Origin: Octopus bimaculoides
Taxonomy: Eukaryota
Assembly (NCBI RefSeq): GCF_001194135.2
Contig: NC_068984.1
Coordinates: forward strand, 33,884,993-33,948,992
Direction: 5' to 3'
Length of the DNA: 64,000 nucleotides
Part shown: positions 51,656 through 63,914 of the stretch, piece by piece
Layout of the letters: the number at the start of each line of letters is the position of its first letter
Position numbering within the stretch: the first letter of the stretch is position 1
The notes under the pieces: generated by a model
The model's input: the letters and a program-made list of their open reading frames with translations, nothing else
Databases searched by the model: none
Told to the model about the DNA's origin: nothing
Made by a program: the position numbers and the translations under genes

Positions 51656-52697
51656 TATGCGTGCACGTGTGTGTGTGTACAAGGTAGCTATGGCAAATAC
51701 TTCAAGCAGTATTATAGATTTAAAAAAAAAACATTAATGCTGCATCATAAAAGATTAGGCAAAACCCATAGCCATTAGAATTAGATGGTGAAAAACTTCA
51801 TTCCATTAACTGTCCTAGGAACAATGCAAAGTAAGATTATTGATTTGAATTAATATACCTTGTATATAATGTTATTTCCTTCTTTATTTTTACCAGACCC
51901 CAGTTTAAAAAGAAGTAACAATTACAGAAAATCACCTATGACACATAAAGGAATAAATTTCTAAAACTTGTTTTCTATAGATCATATAAACTAGTTTCTT
52001 TACTTATTATAAAATGAGATTCATTGTATCAATATTCAAAACTCTGCATGTGTGTGTGTGTGTGTGTGTGTGTATTTATTTATATGTTTATTTTTATAAA
52101 CATATATATGCTCTTATATAACAGGTATGTGTGAGTGTTTGTATGTATGTGTCTGAGAAAGAGTGTGTTAACAGAAACTTAATATAACATTATATGTGCG
52201 AGTGTGTGTGTATATATGTGTGTGTGCATGTGTGTGTAGACATACATAGACACAAATACACACATATGTATGTAGTTGCTGTTGTTGTACGTTTCTGTTT
52301 AAACAATGAGGGAAAAAATATTAGGCAAAGCACTCAACGTATAGGTAAAGTGTATTTCGTTTTCAAGAACCCAGTACTTCATTTCCTCATCAGAGTTCTT
52401 GAAGTGCATTAGATTTGGTGGAAGTTCAAGATATATATCAGCAGACAGGATAGGATTTCAATAGGAGGTGGTAGTTGTCACTTGTAGTTGTGGACTAATA
52501 ATTGCTCATCTAGTACATATTGAAGTCAAGGGGAAGTAACTCGAAGAAAAGAGGAGCACAGGCAGGCTGAGTTTTCCCCTCCACATCAAGTTAGAAACAG
52601 ACAATACCCCTGTGAGGTATATAGACATAGTGACCTAATCCTTTATTCAGTGACTTAAGAATTTGTCTCTATTCCCTTACTTTACCATGTCTTAAAT

Positions 52698-53025
52698 CAG
52701 GGTTCTCAACCATTTTTTCATCAGTGGACCCCTTTGATTACTATTTTATTCAGGTGGACCCCATAGCTATTTGATGTTTAAAAAACTAGTTTTATACAAA
52801 CTTCTTTCGAAATTCCAATGTTGTTCTTCACGCTATAACTTGTGTAGGTTGAACAATGTAACATACTAAAGAAGCCTAGCTGTTTATTGTTATACATACC
52901 AATACATAAAACTAAAGCAAAATTTGTTCAGCCCTTAAGTTACTATTGTGGATCCCCAATTTACTATTTCTTGTGTGAGCCCCCAAAAATCTTGGAGCCA
53001 TATGGACCCCAGTTGAGAACCACTG
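52698..53025. mobile_element. hAT-type MITE
   Basis: TIRs cagggttctcaac / gttgagaaccactg with repeated subterminal ggacccc motifs. CAG.GGTTCTCAA termini are typical of hAT/Charlie MITEs. 8-bp TSD not clean. Confidence 0.8.
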
Positions 53026-53039
53026 TCAAAATCTAAATG

Positions 53040-53700
53040 TTGTAGACAGTTCTGACCTCTTTCTCACTACACAAACTCTGATAACTCACTATGTCTCTTT
53101 TTTCTACCACCTGGCAAGCTCCTTTTGTTCTTCCTTTACCTGCCCACATCCCACTTTAATATCTAAGTGACCAGCGACTTGGTAGATCATTCCTACAAAA
53201 GTCTTGCATCTCTCCATCCAAACTGTATTCTGACATATATAAATCCTGAACTATTCCCATAATCTTTAAAAATAGACTAAAGTGTATTCAATTTCCAAGA
53301 GACCAACTACTGTCCATTGCTCTATTGCTCTCCTAATATCTCAAAGGTGATGGAAACTCAGCCAAGCAACAATCTTCTATAATGCCACGAATACTTGCAC
53401 TGTTCTGTATTTTAGATTTACTGTAGATATGCTCTCCTTTTTCACACACTGGTGAGCTCTTGCCCTCAACAATTTGGTGAAAATAGAAACACTGATTTCA
53501 CCATCAGCACAGCTATCAACATTATATAGCATGCAAATATACTGTAAAAACTACCTGCCAATGAGCTCCATTCTCTCCCCTCTATTTTCAACCTGTGCAA
53601 CAACATTCTACTTGCCGTCAGTTTCAACAATGTCAACTTCTACACAGATGACTACATTTTCTTCCACCTTGACCTTTTATATCCAAGTGTCATCCATTTG
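53040..53700 (+). mobile_element. Degraded CR1/L2-group RT fragment
   Basis: NY.PIALL.PNISKVME and NNIL....NNVNFYTDD (cf. NYRPIALLP.ISKVME; ND..HSYADD). Confidence 0.6.
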
Positions 53701-53734
53701 TAAGAAACACACCTGAATCTGCACTGAATCTCAT

Positions 53735-53930
53735 TACCATTATCATCATCATTTAACATCCATGTCCCATGCTGATATGGGCTGGACAGTTTGACAGGAG
53801 CTGACCAACTGATGAGCTGCCTGGGCTTCATGTCTATTTTGGCATGGTTTCTATGGATGGATGGCTTTCCTAATGCTAACCACATTAGAAAATGTACTGG
53901 GTGTTTTTCTGTGACACTGGCACAGGTACA
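53735..53930 (-). mobile_element. RTE-related 3' end with (GAT)n tail
   Basis: catcatcatttaacatccatgtcccatgctgatatgggctggacagtttgacagg..ggatggctttcctaatgctaacc. Confidence 0.7.
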
Positions 53931-55125
53931 AAACATTATTAGTTGGGGTCATGACAGTCTTGTCTCATTCAACAAGAAAATCACAACCACTACACATATC
54001 GAGAAAACTCTATTGTATTTTTTTCTCAGTAAACATGAGCAACACACAACAAGAGTCATCAGAGTTGCTTGAAATGTACAGCCTACAGTCACTAATCATC
54101 TCTCCTTGAGAGCACAAATCTTTGGCATTTCTAAAACTACATCTCAAAGACAGGCATTTTTTCTTCAGTGCAAGAAAATATTTTAGCCCATCATATTTTT
54201 GCTCTTTATCTATCAATCAAAGGTGAATTTCCCAATTGAGTACTCTTGCCACACTAAGGCTAGTGATATTGTGTCATAATTAATCAGCCAATGCAACAAC
54301 TAGAGTAAGGTCACTCAACATGAAGTCATTTATAACACACTACAGCAACCAGCTCACAGATGGGCCAACTTTTCACCCAGGCTTTTCTACATTCTGGTTA
54401 ACAATTCAGTTGTTTGAAAAAGTATTTTCCAGACTCTAAACAGTTTTGACTAACTCACCCAAATATTACATAAATTTATGTCTAATATTTTGCCTTCTCT
54501 TAATATTATTATCATTGAGTTTCCTCATAAAAACATCTCAATCTTTGTATTTTATGCTAGATCGTAACAATGTTTTACCAGTATTATTTTTAGAGAATTT
54601 AATACATAAAACAGTGATAATATAATATTCTTGAATTTGATCAACACTATGTATTTGGTTATACTTTACTTGAAGATTTGACTCAGTTGTGTTTATTAGA
54701 ACTTTATACAATTAATTGAATTACATATGTCTGTGCATACATATATACATATACACACACCCATGTGCACATGTGTAAATATACATGAATACTTCTATGC
54801 CGGCATATGTGAATGCATATTTGTATAGATTTAGTACCTTCTATAAGGTCACCTGCAGATGCCTCACTGCTAAATAAATTAACAATGACATCATTAATTT
54901 GAATAAGATTTTTTTTAACAAGAGCAGCTCTAAAGCATGGCTGTGCTTTCAGCTTGATATTGACTGATTTTTTTTTTCTTTGAAATCCCATTGGTCATTG
55001 TTCACCAATCGCGTATTATATCAACTTTTGGTGCAAAATCAAATTCTAGAGACTCATTTTTTTTTTTCCTGAAAGTAAATAGTTGACTGTTACTATATTT
55101 TTTTTTTTTTTTTTTTATCTGACAG

Positions 55126-55212
55126 GAAACATTTCCTTGGCTAAATGAATCCATTTTTCATGCTGGCCTCAAATTTTTATACACTATACTTTCTGTCTTT
55201 CTCATTTTTTGA
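55126..55212 (+). CDS. Candidate terminal exon, unknown protein (ETFPWLNESIFHAGLKFLYTILSVFLIF*)
   Basis: Long poly-T acceptor ending atctgacag, 28 open codons, hydrophobic C-terminus. The poly-T may simply be a homopolymer. Confidence 0.15.
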   Translation, partial: ETFPWLNESIFHAGLKFLYTILSVFLIF

Positions 55213-55910
55213 TGTTGCACACTAACACATGCACATACAAACACACACGTGCACACACACACACACACACACACATGCTCAAACACACATATGCAAACAC
55301 TACACACACACATGCTCAAACACACATATGAAAACACACACACACACACAAGCACATATGCACACTAATGGAAAAGGAAACTATTTTCCCTTTGATTCAG
55401 ATATTATATTTCCACAGTGAACCTTTTCAATTCTATCTATACATACATATCCTGTATTTACTGAGCACACTTTGAAATGTATTACAAAGGATGCATTAGT
55501 GACTATATAGTGTCTTAAGCAGTAGTAATTTACAAAGCCAAAATAAACTAGAACATTTTCTGTCCACGTCACATACACTGCCTTTGATATTTTACCTGTA
55601 ATGTTCATTTCTGGAATTTATTTTGTCAATGAAATGAAATGTATAAAGCTTTTGCTTGTTATTTTTGTAGAAAAACAACAACAATCCAATTTCATATAAA
55701 TACATAGACAGACAGACTGCCAGACAGATAATTAAATAGATCTACAGACAGACGAATAGAAAAATAGATAGATTGATAGACAGAAAGACAGAAAGGTAGA
55801 CCGGCTGACAGACCAACAGACATGTAGATAGATAGATAGATAGAGACACACATGCATACATACCAATGTACATATACATATATATGTGTGTGTGTGTTCA
55901 TACATACATA

Positions 55911-56070
55911 CAGGAGTGGCTGTGTGGTAAGTAGCTTGCTTCCCAACCACATGATTCTGGGTTCATTCTCACTGCCTGGCACCTTGGGCAAGTGTCTTCT
56001 ACTATAGCCTCGAGCTGACCAAAGCCTTCTGAGTGGATTTGGTAGACGGAAACTGAAAGAAGCCTGTCGT
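55911..56070 (+). mobile_element. Family A SINE head running into a TA microsatellite and N-gap
   Basis: ggagtggctgtgtggtaagtagcttgcttcccaaccacatgattctgggttcattctcactg..accttgggcaagtgtcttctactatagcctcg..gtagacggaaactgaaagaagcctgtcg. Confidence 0.9.
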
Positions 56071-56071
56071 A

Positions 56072-56118
<47 letters not shown>

Positions 56119-56789
56119 ATGTATGTGTATATGNNNNNNNNNNNNNNNNNNNNNNNNNNNNNNNNNNNNNNNNNNNNNNNNNNNNNNNNNNNNNNNNNNN
56201 NNNNNNNNNNNNNNNNNNNNNNNNNNNNNNNNNNNNNNNNNNNNNNNNNNNNNNNNNNNNNNNNNNNNNNNNNNNNNNNNNNNNNNNNNNNNNNNNNNNN
56301 NNNNNNNNNNNNNNNNNNNNNNNNNNNNNNNNNNNNNNNNNNNNNNNNNNNNNNNNNNNNNNNNNNNNNNNNNNNNNNNNNNNNNNNNNNNNNNNNNNNN
56401 NNNNNNNNNNNNNNNNNNNNNNNNNNNNNNNNNNNNNNNNNNNNNNNNNNNNNNNNNNNNNNNNNNNNNNNNNNNNNNNNNNNNNNNNNNNNNNNNNNNN
56501 NNNNNNNNNNNNNNNNNNNNNNNNNNNNNNNNNNNNNNNNNNNNNNNNNNNNNNNNNNNNNNNNNNNNNNNNNNNNNNNNNNNNNNNNNNNNNNNNNNNN
56601 NNNNNNNNNNNNNNNNNNNNNNNNNNNNNNNNNNNNNNNNNNNNNNNNNNNNNNNNNNNNNNNNNNNNNNNNNNNNNNNNNNNNNNNNNNNNNNNNNNNN
56701 NNNNNNNNNNNNNNNNNNNNNNNNNNTATATATATATACATATACATATACATATACATATATCTTCATACATATATTTATGTGCATTA

Positions 56790-57014
56790 TATGGCTGTGT
56801 GATTAAGAAACTTGCTGTGCAAACCAAAGTTGTGTGTTCAGTCATTCGGTGTGGTACTTCAATTTGATTCTTCTACTGTAAGCCCCAGGCCAACTAATGC
56901 CTTTTGAGGGAATTTGGTTATTGGAAACTGTGGGGAATTCTGATATATATATGTATATAAATATGTGTCTGTATGAGTGTGTGTGTGTGTGTGTTTTCAG
57001 TGTGCATATGTGTA

Positions 57015-57050
<36 letters not shown>

Positions 57051-57165
57051 CGTGCACGTGTTTGTGTTTGTCCACCACCAATGCCTGATAACAAGTGTTG
57101 ATGCGTTTGTGTCCCCATAACGTAGTTTGAAAACTGTGACTGAATGAATAAGTGCCAGCCCTTAA
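56790..57165 (+). mobile_element. Older family A SINE with internal TG microsatellite
   Basis: atggctgtgtgattaagaaacttgct head; after the TG tract, tttgtccaccaccaatgcctgataacaagtgttgatgcgtttgtgtcccc body. Confidence 0.7.
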
Positions 57166-57555
57166 GATAAAAATAATTACTGTGGTTCATTAGGTCAACT
57201 AAACACTTCATTATGGTACCTCACCATGTCTGCAAACCAGTTGTCGAAATAATAAAAAAAAACAATATGAAAGGTATCTTTCACAGACACACACACGAGC
57301 ACACATGCAAATACACACACACATACACATACATGCACATACACATACACAGCACACACACAAAACACACACAGACACACACACACACATACACACTCAC
57401 CCACACATGTTCATATATACACATGCCAAATTGCACAAGGTATGATTAAGACCTATTTCAAAGTTCCATCTTGCTGATCACCATCCAACTGCTGGCAGCT
57501 ATTAAGCTGTGGAAATTGAAGCAAAATTTATCGAAGATATGTATATAAACATATG

Positions 57556-57595
<40 letters not shown>

Positions 57596-58518
57596 AGCAC
57601 ACACCCATATATATATATATGCATATATATTCATGTGTATGTATGTGTATATGTATATGTGTATGTTAATATACATANNNNNNNNNNNNNNNNNNNNNNN
57701 NNNNNNNNNNNNNNNNNNNNNNNNNNNNNNNNNNNNNNNNNNNNNNNNNNNNNNNNNNNNNNNNNNNNNNNNNNNNNNNNNNNNNNNNNNNNNNNNNNNN
57801 NNNNNNNNNNNNNNNNNNNNNNNNNNNNNNNNNNNNNNNNNNNNNNNNNNNNNNNNNNNNNNNNNNNNNNNNNNNNNNNNNNNNNNNNNNNNNNNNNNNN
57901 NNNNNNNNNNNNNNNNNNNNNNNNNNNNNNNNNNNNNNNNNNNNNNNNNNNNNNNNNNNNNNNNNNNNNNNNNNNNNNNNNNNNNNNNNNNNNNNNNNNN
58001 NNNNNNNNNNNNNNNNNNNNNNNNNNNNNNNNNNNNNNNNNNNNNNNNNNNNNNNNNNNNNNNNNNNNNNNNNNNNNNNNNNNNNNNNNNNNNNNNNNNN
58101 NNNNNNNNNNNNNNNNNNNNNNNNNNNNNNNNNNNNNNNNNNNNNNNNNNNNNNNNNNNNNNNNNNNNNNNNNNNNNNNNNNNNNNNNNNNNNNNNNNNN
58201 NNNNNNNNNNNNNNNNNNNNNNNNNNNNNNNNNNNNNNNNNNNNNNNNNNNNNNNNNNNNNNNNNNNNNNNNNNNNNNNNNNNNNNNNNNNNNNNNNNNN
58301 NNNNNNNNNNNNNNNNNNNNNNNNNNNNNNNNNNNNNNNNNNNNNNNNNNNNNNNNNNNNNNNNNNNNNNNNNNNNNNNNNNNNNNNNNNNNNNNNNNNN
58401 NNNNNNNNNNNNNNNNNNNNNNNNNNNNNNNNNNNNNNNNNNNNNNNNNNNNNNNNNNNNNNNNNNNNNNNNNNNNNNNCATATATATATATATGTATGT
58501 ATGTATATATATATAGAC

Positions 58519-58670
58519 ACAGGAGTGGCTGTGTGGTAAGTAGCTTGCTTTCCAACCACATGGTTCCAAGTTCAGTCCCACTGTGTGGCAACTTGAACAA
58601 GTGTGTTCTATTATAGCCTCGGGCCAACCAAAGCCTTGTAAGTGGATTTGGTAGGCAGAAACTGAAATAA
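58519..58670 (+). mobile_element. Family A SINE head
   Basis: Close match to 55911-56070. Confidence 0.88.
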
Positions 58671-58713
58671 GTTTATTAGATATTAGTTATAGTTAATATC
58701 TAACTTGACTTAC

Positions 58714-58811
58714 ATCTCTTTCTCATAAGGATAAGTATGAGTCTCCTAGATTCTATTCTTCTGCTATTTCCCTTCTCAAGTTCATTGTAAATCTTATCTA
58801 TATTTCCTGCA
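58714..58811 (-). CDS. Candidate 98-nt exon, unknown protein (AGNIDKIYNELEKGNSRRIESRRLILILMRKR)
   Basis: Acceptor caatttactcttcag, donor GAT|gtaagt, one fully open frame (the other two have stops). No recognised homology. Confidence 0.3.
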
Positions 58812-59199
58812 CTGAAGAGTAAATTGATACATATAATTAATTATTTTATCTAATTAATCTAATCTAATTCAATTCAGTCATGAATTTGCATGATTTTTAT
58901 ATCTCTGTAAGAAACAATCGTCTGCATAAAGTAAAATTCTCTTATATATTTTAACAACTTGCCTTCTCTATTTTTAACTACATTGATGGGTTTTGTGGGA
59001 TTTCTTTCCATCAGTTCACCACACATCATATACAAGTATTATCTTCATATTCGTATAGTTACGCCTGTAATCTACCAGCAGGATATGAAGAATCAACATT
59101 AGAAATCCTTTTTGGAAACTTCCAAATTAAAGGACTAATCTATATTCAACCTTTTTACACCTATATATATAAAGAGAAAGATAGAAAGTTGGCACTGTC

Positions 59200-59910
59200 A
59201 ATGTAGGCACACTGAAAGGTAGGAAAGGTAGGCCTAGTGAGATTTTAGAGAGGCTTGAACAGAGATGTGTTGATGTATGCTGCATACAAGAGGTAAGGTG
59301 GAGAGGAGCTTCAGTCAGAGTGCTCACAGGCAAAGCACATAGGTATAGAATCTTCTGGGAAGGTAACAACGATGGTGTACGGGATGTAGGCATACTCCTT
59401 CCGGAGAAATGGGTGGATAAGGTCATAGAGGTAGTCAGGGTATGCAATAGAGTGCTTAAGCGCAGGCTAGTCCTGCAGAATAGTATAGCTACAATTATCT
59501 CTGCCTACGCCCCACATGTGGGCCTACCAAACGACCAGAAGGACCGCTTTTTTGATAATTTTCTACAGGCTACATCAAAGACGAGTGACAATGACCTCAT
59601 CTTTGTGGCTGGAGATTTTAATGGGCATGTCAGTCAGCAATCTGGTATCTTCCATGGTGTTCACGGGGGCCATNNNNNNNNNNGGGCATGTCAGTCAGCA
59701 ATCTGGTATCTTCCATGGTGTTCACGGGGGCCATGGAATTGGTTCCTGAAACGAAGAGGGAACTAGGCTACTGGAGTTTTGTGATGCATGCAACATATTA
59801 ATCTGCAACACTAACTTCAGGAAGCCAGACAGCCACCTGATAACCTATCAATCAGGTGATTCTGCTCGCCAGATTCATTTCATCCTCACCAGGAAATGGG
59901 ATACGCCCTA
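59200..59910 (+). mobile_element. RTE-clade LINE apurinic endonuclease region
   Basis: KVGTVNVGTLKG..DVCCIQEVRWRG..GVRDVGILL..IISAYAPHVGL..LIFVAGDFNGHV..RLLEFCDA..CNTNF: APE motifs N, QE, YAP and GDFN. Confidence 0.92.
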
Positions 59911-60119
59911 ATGAAGAATGTATCGCCTATCATAAGCTAGTTATAGTGACTTTAGACTCAAGGACAGAAGGACGCCATAGCCTACACCAGTGTCACATAA
60001 CCAGCCCATTTAAAAAGTACTTTTGATTCGTCAGGTGACTTTCCATGCTTGAGGAGACCTATTGAGTCATGTAAAATCAAAATCAAAATCAAATCAAATC
60101 ACAATCAAATTGATATTGT

Positions 60120-60270
60120 ATTTGTGGCCGATACCAGTGCCACCTGACTAACTCCCATGCTGGTAGCATGCAATTAGCATCGTGTATGCGTGGAGCAGTG
60201 CCAGTGCTGCCTGACTGGCTTCCCATGCCGGTGGCATGTAAAAAGCACCATCTGAACATGGTCGATGCCA
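60120..60270 (+). repeat. Internal ~65-bp tandem units of an interspersed repeat
   Basis: ccagtgccacctgactaactcccatgctggtagcatg and ccagtgctgcctgactggcttcccatgccggtggcatg, plus a partial third unit; preceded by (AAATC)n. Confidence 0.6.
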
Positions 60271-60474
60271 GTTCAATATTCTACCTTCAAGGATCAAATG
60301 CATGATCAATGAAAACAATCGTTGTGTTGAATAAAGCTTCTTGTAAACACTATTTTCCATTTCCCTCATTCATTATATGTGTATGCGTGCGTGTGTGTGT
60401 ATGTGTGTGTGTGTGTGTGCGTGCGTGTGTGTGCTTGCGTGTATGTGTGTGTGTGCGTGTATGCATGTGTGTGT

Positions 60475-60514
<40 letters not shown>

Positions 60515-60679
60515 ATACAGATTGTGATGGATAAATTATTGCCACTTTTTATTTTTATTTTGCATATGCACATCGTTTGTTTTTGATTTTGTCGACTACA
60601 CAGTATAGTAGAATTAGTTGGACACTCTCTGTGAGAAAAACAGCACCATGATGCAATTCACTCTGCCAGAAATTTTGAA

Positions 60680-61400
60680 ACTACATGCTGTACTTCTTAG
60701 CATTCACGCTGGAAGCTCCAATACAAACAGATGAAGACACAGAACAACCGCTGGTTTGCTGTGTCCCCCAACATATGTATTGAGAGCGATAAAAATCAAA
60801 CATCCACACAACATCATCATGTCTAGAGTGATCACTAGTGATGGTGATGTTATGCCTCCATTCATCATTCCACATTCTCAGACTCAGCACGGAGGCCTAC
60901 ATCAAGTGCCTGGAGGAGGCAGAGCTGCTCTGGGTCAAGAGGGTAGCTGCTGGAACACCCTGTGTCTGGCAAAAGGACTCTGCACCATGCCACACAAGTA
61001 GGAGAACCCAGTCATGGCTGTCAGACGATTTCTGCAACCACATCGCCCCTAACATCTGGCCATCAAATTCCTCACACTGCAAACCTCTTAATTACTATGT
61101 GTAGGATGCATTTGAGTGAGAGACCAACAAATTTCCTTGATATACCAAAGATCAACTGAAGGCAAACATTATGTCAGCATTCAGCAACTTAAACAAGGAG
61201 ACCTTCCAGAAGAGCTGCAGAAGATTTCAAAGTTGCCTGGAGGCCGTAATTGGAGCCAATGGCGATTTTATTGAATAAATTTACTCTTTAGTATTTCAAG
61301 ATATTTCTATGTAATCTTGGTAAATATACCTGCTAAAATGAGATGTTAGTGTTATTTTCGTTTTCCATGATTTAGATAACAATTCATTCACTAGACCCTG
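60680..61400 (+). mobile_element. Tc1/mariner transposase pseudogene, maT/DD37D-like
   Basis: VITSDGDVMPPF..AYIKCLEE..WQKDSAPCHTSRRTQSWLSDDF..WPSNSSHCKPLNYYV, matching QQDSAP.H..WPP.SPD.NPLDY of Bmmar1-like elements. Ends ..gaccctg near 61400. Confidence 0.85.
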
Positions 61401-61401
61401 T

Positions 61402-61437
<36 letters not shown>

Positions 61438-61832
61438 GACTGTTTGACAAACCTTTACATGAAACACTGAGTAACAGTTTGTGAAGCTTTTTCAGCTGCA
61501 ATAATGATGTGTGTGTGTGTGTGTGTGTGTGTGCACACATGAGAATGTGAATGTGTGTGAGAATGTAAATGTGTATCCTTAGTAATAATAAAGTGAGATT
61601 ATTTTTCTTTTTGCGATTCAGTTCTGTTTTAATGATTGATATTTTGACGTCATGTGATGACTGTATTCAAGCATTCCCACCAGAGTGGTGATGTGGTTTA
61701 TTTCCAGTCTTCCATGAAAACTATGTCCAGCCATGAGGAAATATTACCGTGTTTGGAATAAGGTTTCACAAGAAAATCCTCTCATACAAAAATTGCTTCA
61801 ATGAATCTGTCTATCTATCTATCTATCTATCT

Positions 61833-61883
<51 letters not shown>

Positions 61884-61964
61884 CAGGTTTTCATCAACCA
61901 AACTGATGAGTTTAAGCAGGAAAGCACCCTAGAATATTGAGGAAGTATATGTGTGCAAGAAAAG

Positions 61965-62255
61965 TATGGCTGTATGGTTAAGAAGCTCATTAAGCAGCCA
62001 TGTGCTACCAGGTTCAATCCAACTATGTGGAATGCAAAATAAGTGTCTTATATTATAGCCTCAGACCAACCAATGTTTTGTGAGTGAATTTAGTAGATAG
62101 AAACTGTGTAGCAGCTTTCTGTGTATATATGTGTGTGTGTGTGTGTGTCTTTGGTTCACTTGAGACCAAAGAAGAGGACATTTGACTATGGAGCCACAAT
62201 ATGGTAGTGAACCCAAAACGATGTTGTTGTGAAGCAAGCTTCTTAACCACACAGC
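61965..62255. mobile_element. Two convergent family A SINE heads
   Basis: Plus-strand head tatggctgtatggttaagaagct at ~61965 and reverse head agcttcttaaccacacagcca at ~62205-62255, separated by a TG tract. Confidence 0.65.
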
Positions 62256-62539
62256 CAATCTTGTATCAAGGAACAATTATAAACATATATACATACATAC
62301 ATATATATGTGTGTGTGTGTGCGTGTGTGTGTGGGTGTGTGTCTGCGTGTATGTGTGTCTGTGTGTGTGTCTGTGTTTATGAGTTATATAAATGAGAATA
62401 TATAGAAACACACAGACATTTATATATATATATATTTATACAGGTATATATGTATAATGCATAATCTATAACATCGATAGATATACTTAATCTATAGCAT
62501 ATACAGATATACATAATTGATTTTACATATACATATCTG

Positions 62540-62585
<46 letters not shown>

Positions 62586-62601
62586 TCATCATCATTATCA
62601 T

Positions 62602-62655
<54 letters not shown>

Positions 62656-62758
62656 ACATATATATTCACATATGTTGAATGCTTTGCCAAATACAATATA
62701 TATTAATAATAATAAAGCTTCCGGAAATATAGGAATAAAAGTGCACAGACAATTGGCT

Positions 62759-62814
62759 TTAGAATTGTCTTCCTCTTTCCATAATTCCTATTAGTGCTTC
62801 ATTAGTCCTATTGT
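62759..62814 (-). CDS. Candidate terminal exon, unknown protein (DNRTNEALIGIMERGRQF*)
   Basis: Very strong T-rich acceptor ending ttttcag, phase-1 frame open to TAA at 62761-62759; compatible with the exon at 63915-64000. Confidence 0.25.
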
Positions 62815-63224
62815 CTGAAAAAAAGAAAAAAATGATAACTAGAAAGAAAAATCAAATCTGTCTATAACAACTTTGTAAACATCGGAAATCAATCTCTTAT
62901 CATTCTTCTTTTGTAGTATTTTCTAGTTTTACTTATCATACATCTTCCAAACAGAAGTTTGTGCAAGAGTTTGTGTCTGCATATTCATATGCGTGTCAGT
63001 TTGTGAGGTGAGGGTAATTTTGTATAAGAGTATATGAAATTGCCTGTTTACGTATGTACAAATAGTGTCATCATAATCATCATTATCAAACGTTATAACA
63101 TGCAATTCTATATGCTAGATTAGTCTGGATGGTTCCACTATATTTACATATCGCAACTTGGTTCTGCTGTTTGTCATCTCATGTGTAAAATATGTCCTCA
63201 GCATACTCTTTAATAACTTCATCT

Positions 63225-63650
63225 TCCTTCTTTCATTTATTTCAGTCATTAGACAGTGGCCATGCTGGGGTAGTTGCCTTGAAGGATTTAGTTAAACAAA
63301 TTGATAACAGGACTTATTTTTTAATTCTAATACTTATTGCATTGCTCTCTTTTGTTGAACTGCTAAATTACAGAGATGTAAACAAACCAACACCAGTCAG
63401 TGGGGAAGCCGACAAACATAAAAACACACTCATACGCACACACAAAAACATGCATGATCGCATAATCACACACATACATACATACATACAACAGGCTGCC
63501 ACACAGTTTCCATCTACTAACTCCACTCACAAAACATTGTTTAGTCTAAGGTTATAGTATAAGACACTTGTTCTAATTTCCACAGAGAGCGATTGAGCTT
63601 GAAATCACATGGGTACATAATGAGTTTCTTAAGCATGCAGCCATATTTTT
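63225..63650 (-). mobile_element. Full-length family A SINE with internal CA microsatellite
   Basis: Tail ttcagtcattagacagtggccatgctgg, CA tract ~63420-63490, head cagtttccatctactaactccactcacaaaac..gagtttcttaagcatgcagcca. Confidence 0.75.
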
Positions 63651-63914
63651 CTTACACACACACACACACACTCAATAATCTAGGGCGCTTTCTGGCTTAA
63701 ACTCATAATTCTTTCACTTAAATGCACCATTGGAACAAAATGCTGTTTCCTTCCATCCAGACCAATTATTTTCCTAATGGAATTAATTCAAAGATATTGA
63801 AACCTTATCCATCTTATTTATCTTCAAGGGACTATAATTGTGGTGTAAAGGTTCTTGCATTCTTTGACTTACTTAGTGAAAATACGTTATTATCCACCTC
63901 CCTTTTTTACATAC

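Larger units (their letters stand above)
6509..59683. other. Twelve assembly gaps (approx. 6509-6658, 10229-10495, 13152-13626, 14197-14331, 17350-17396, 20775-20872, 23755-23780, 31393-31926, 51351-51362, 56134-56726, 57678-58479, 59674-59683)
   Basis: N runs, almost all bordered by (TA)n, (TG)n or (CT)n tracts. Confidence 0.98.

Noticed and set aside
55911-55985. tRNA-like sequence (also 27775, 37440, 58519)
   Set aside because: No complete cloverleaf; each continues into a shared SINE body, so these are SINE heads.
59625-59732. Direct duplication of ~49 bp (gggcatgtcagtcagcaatctggtatcttccatggtgttcacgggggccat) in the RTE endonuclease
   Set aside because: The identical copies sit either side of a 10-N gap, the signature of unmerged overlapping contig ends.
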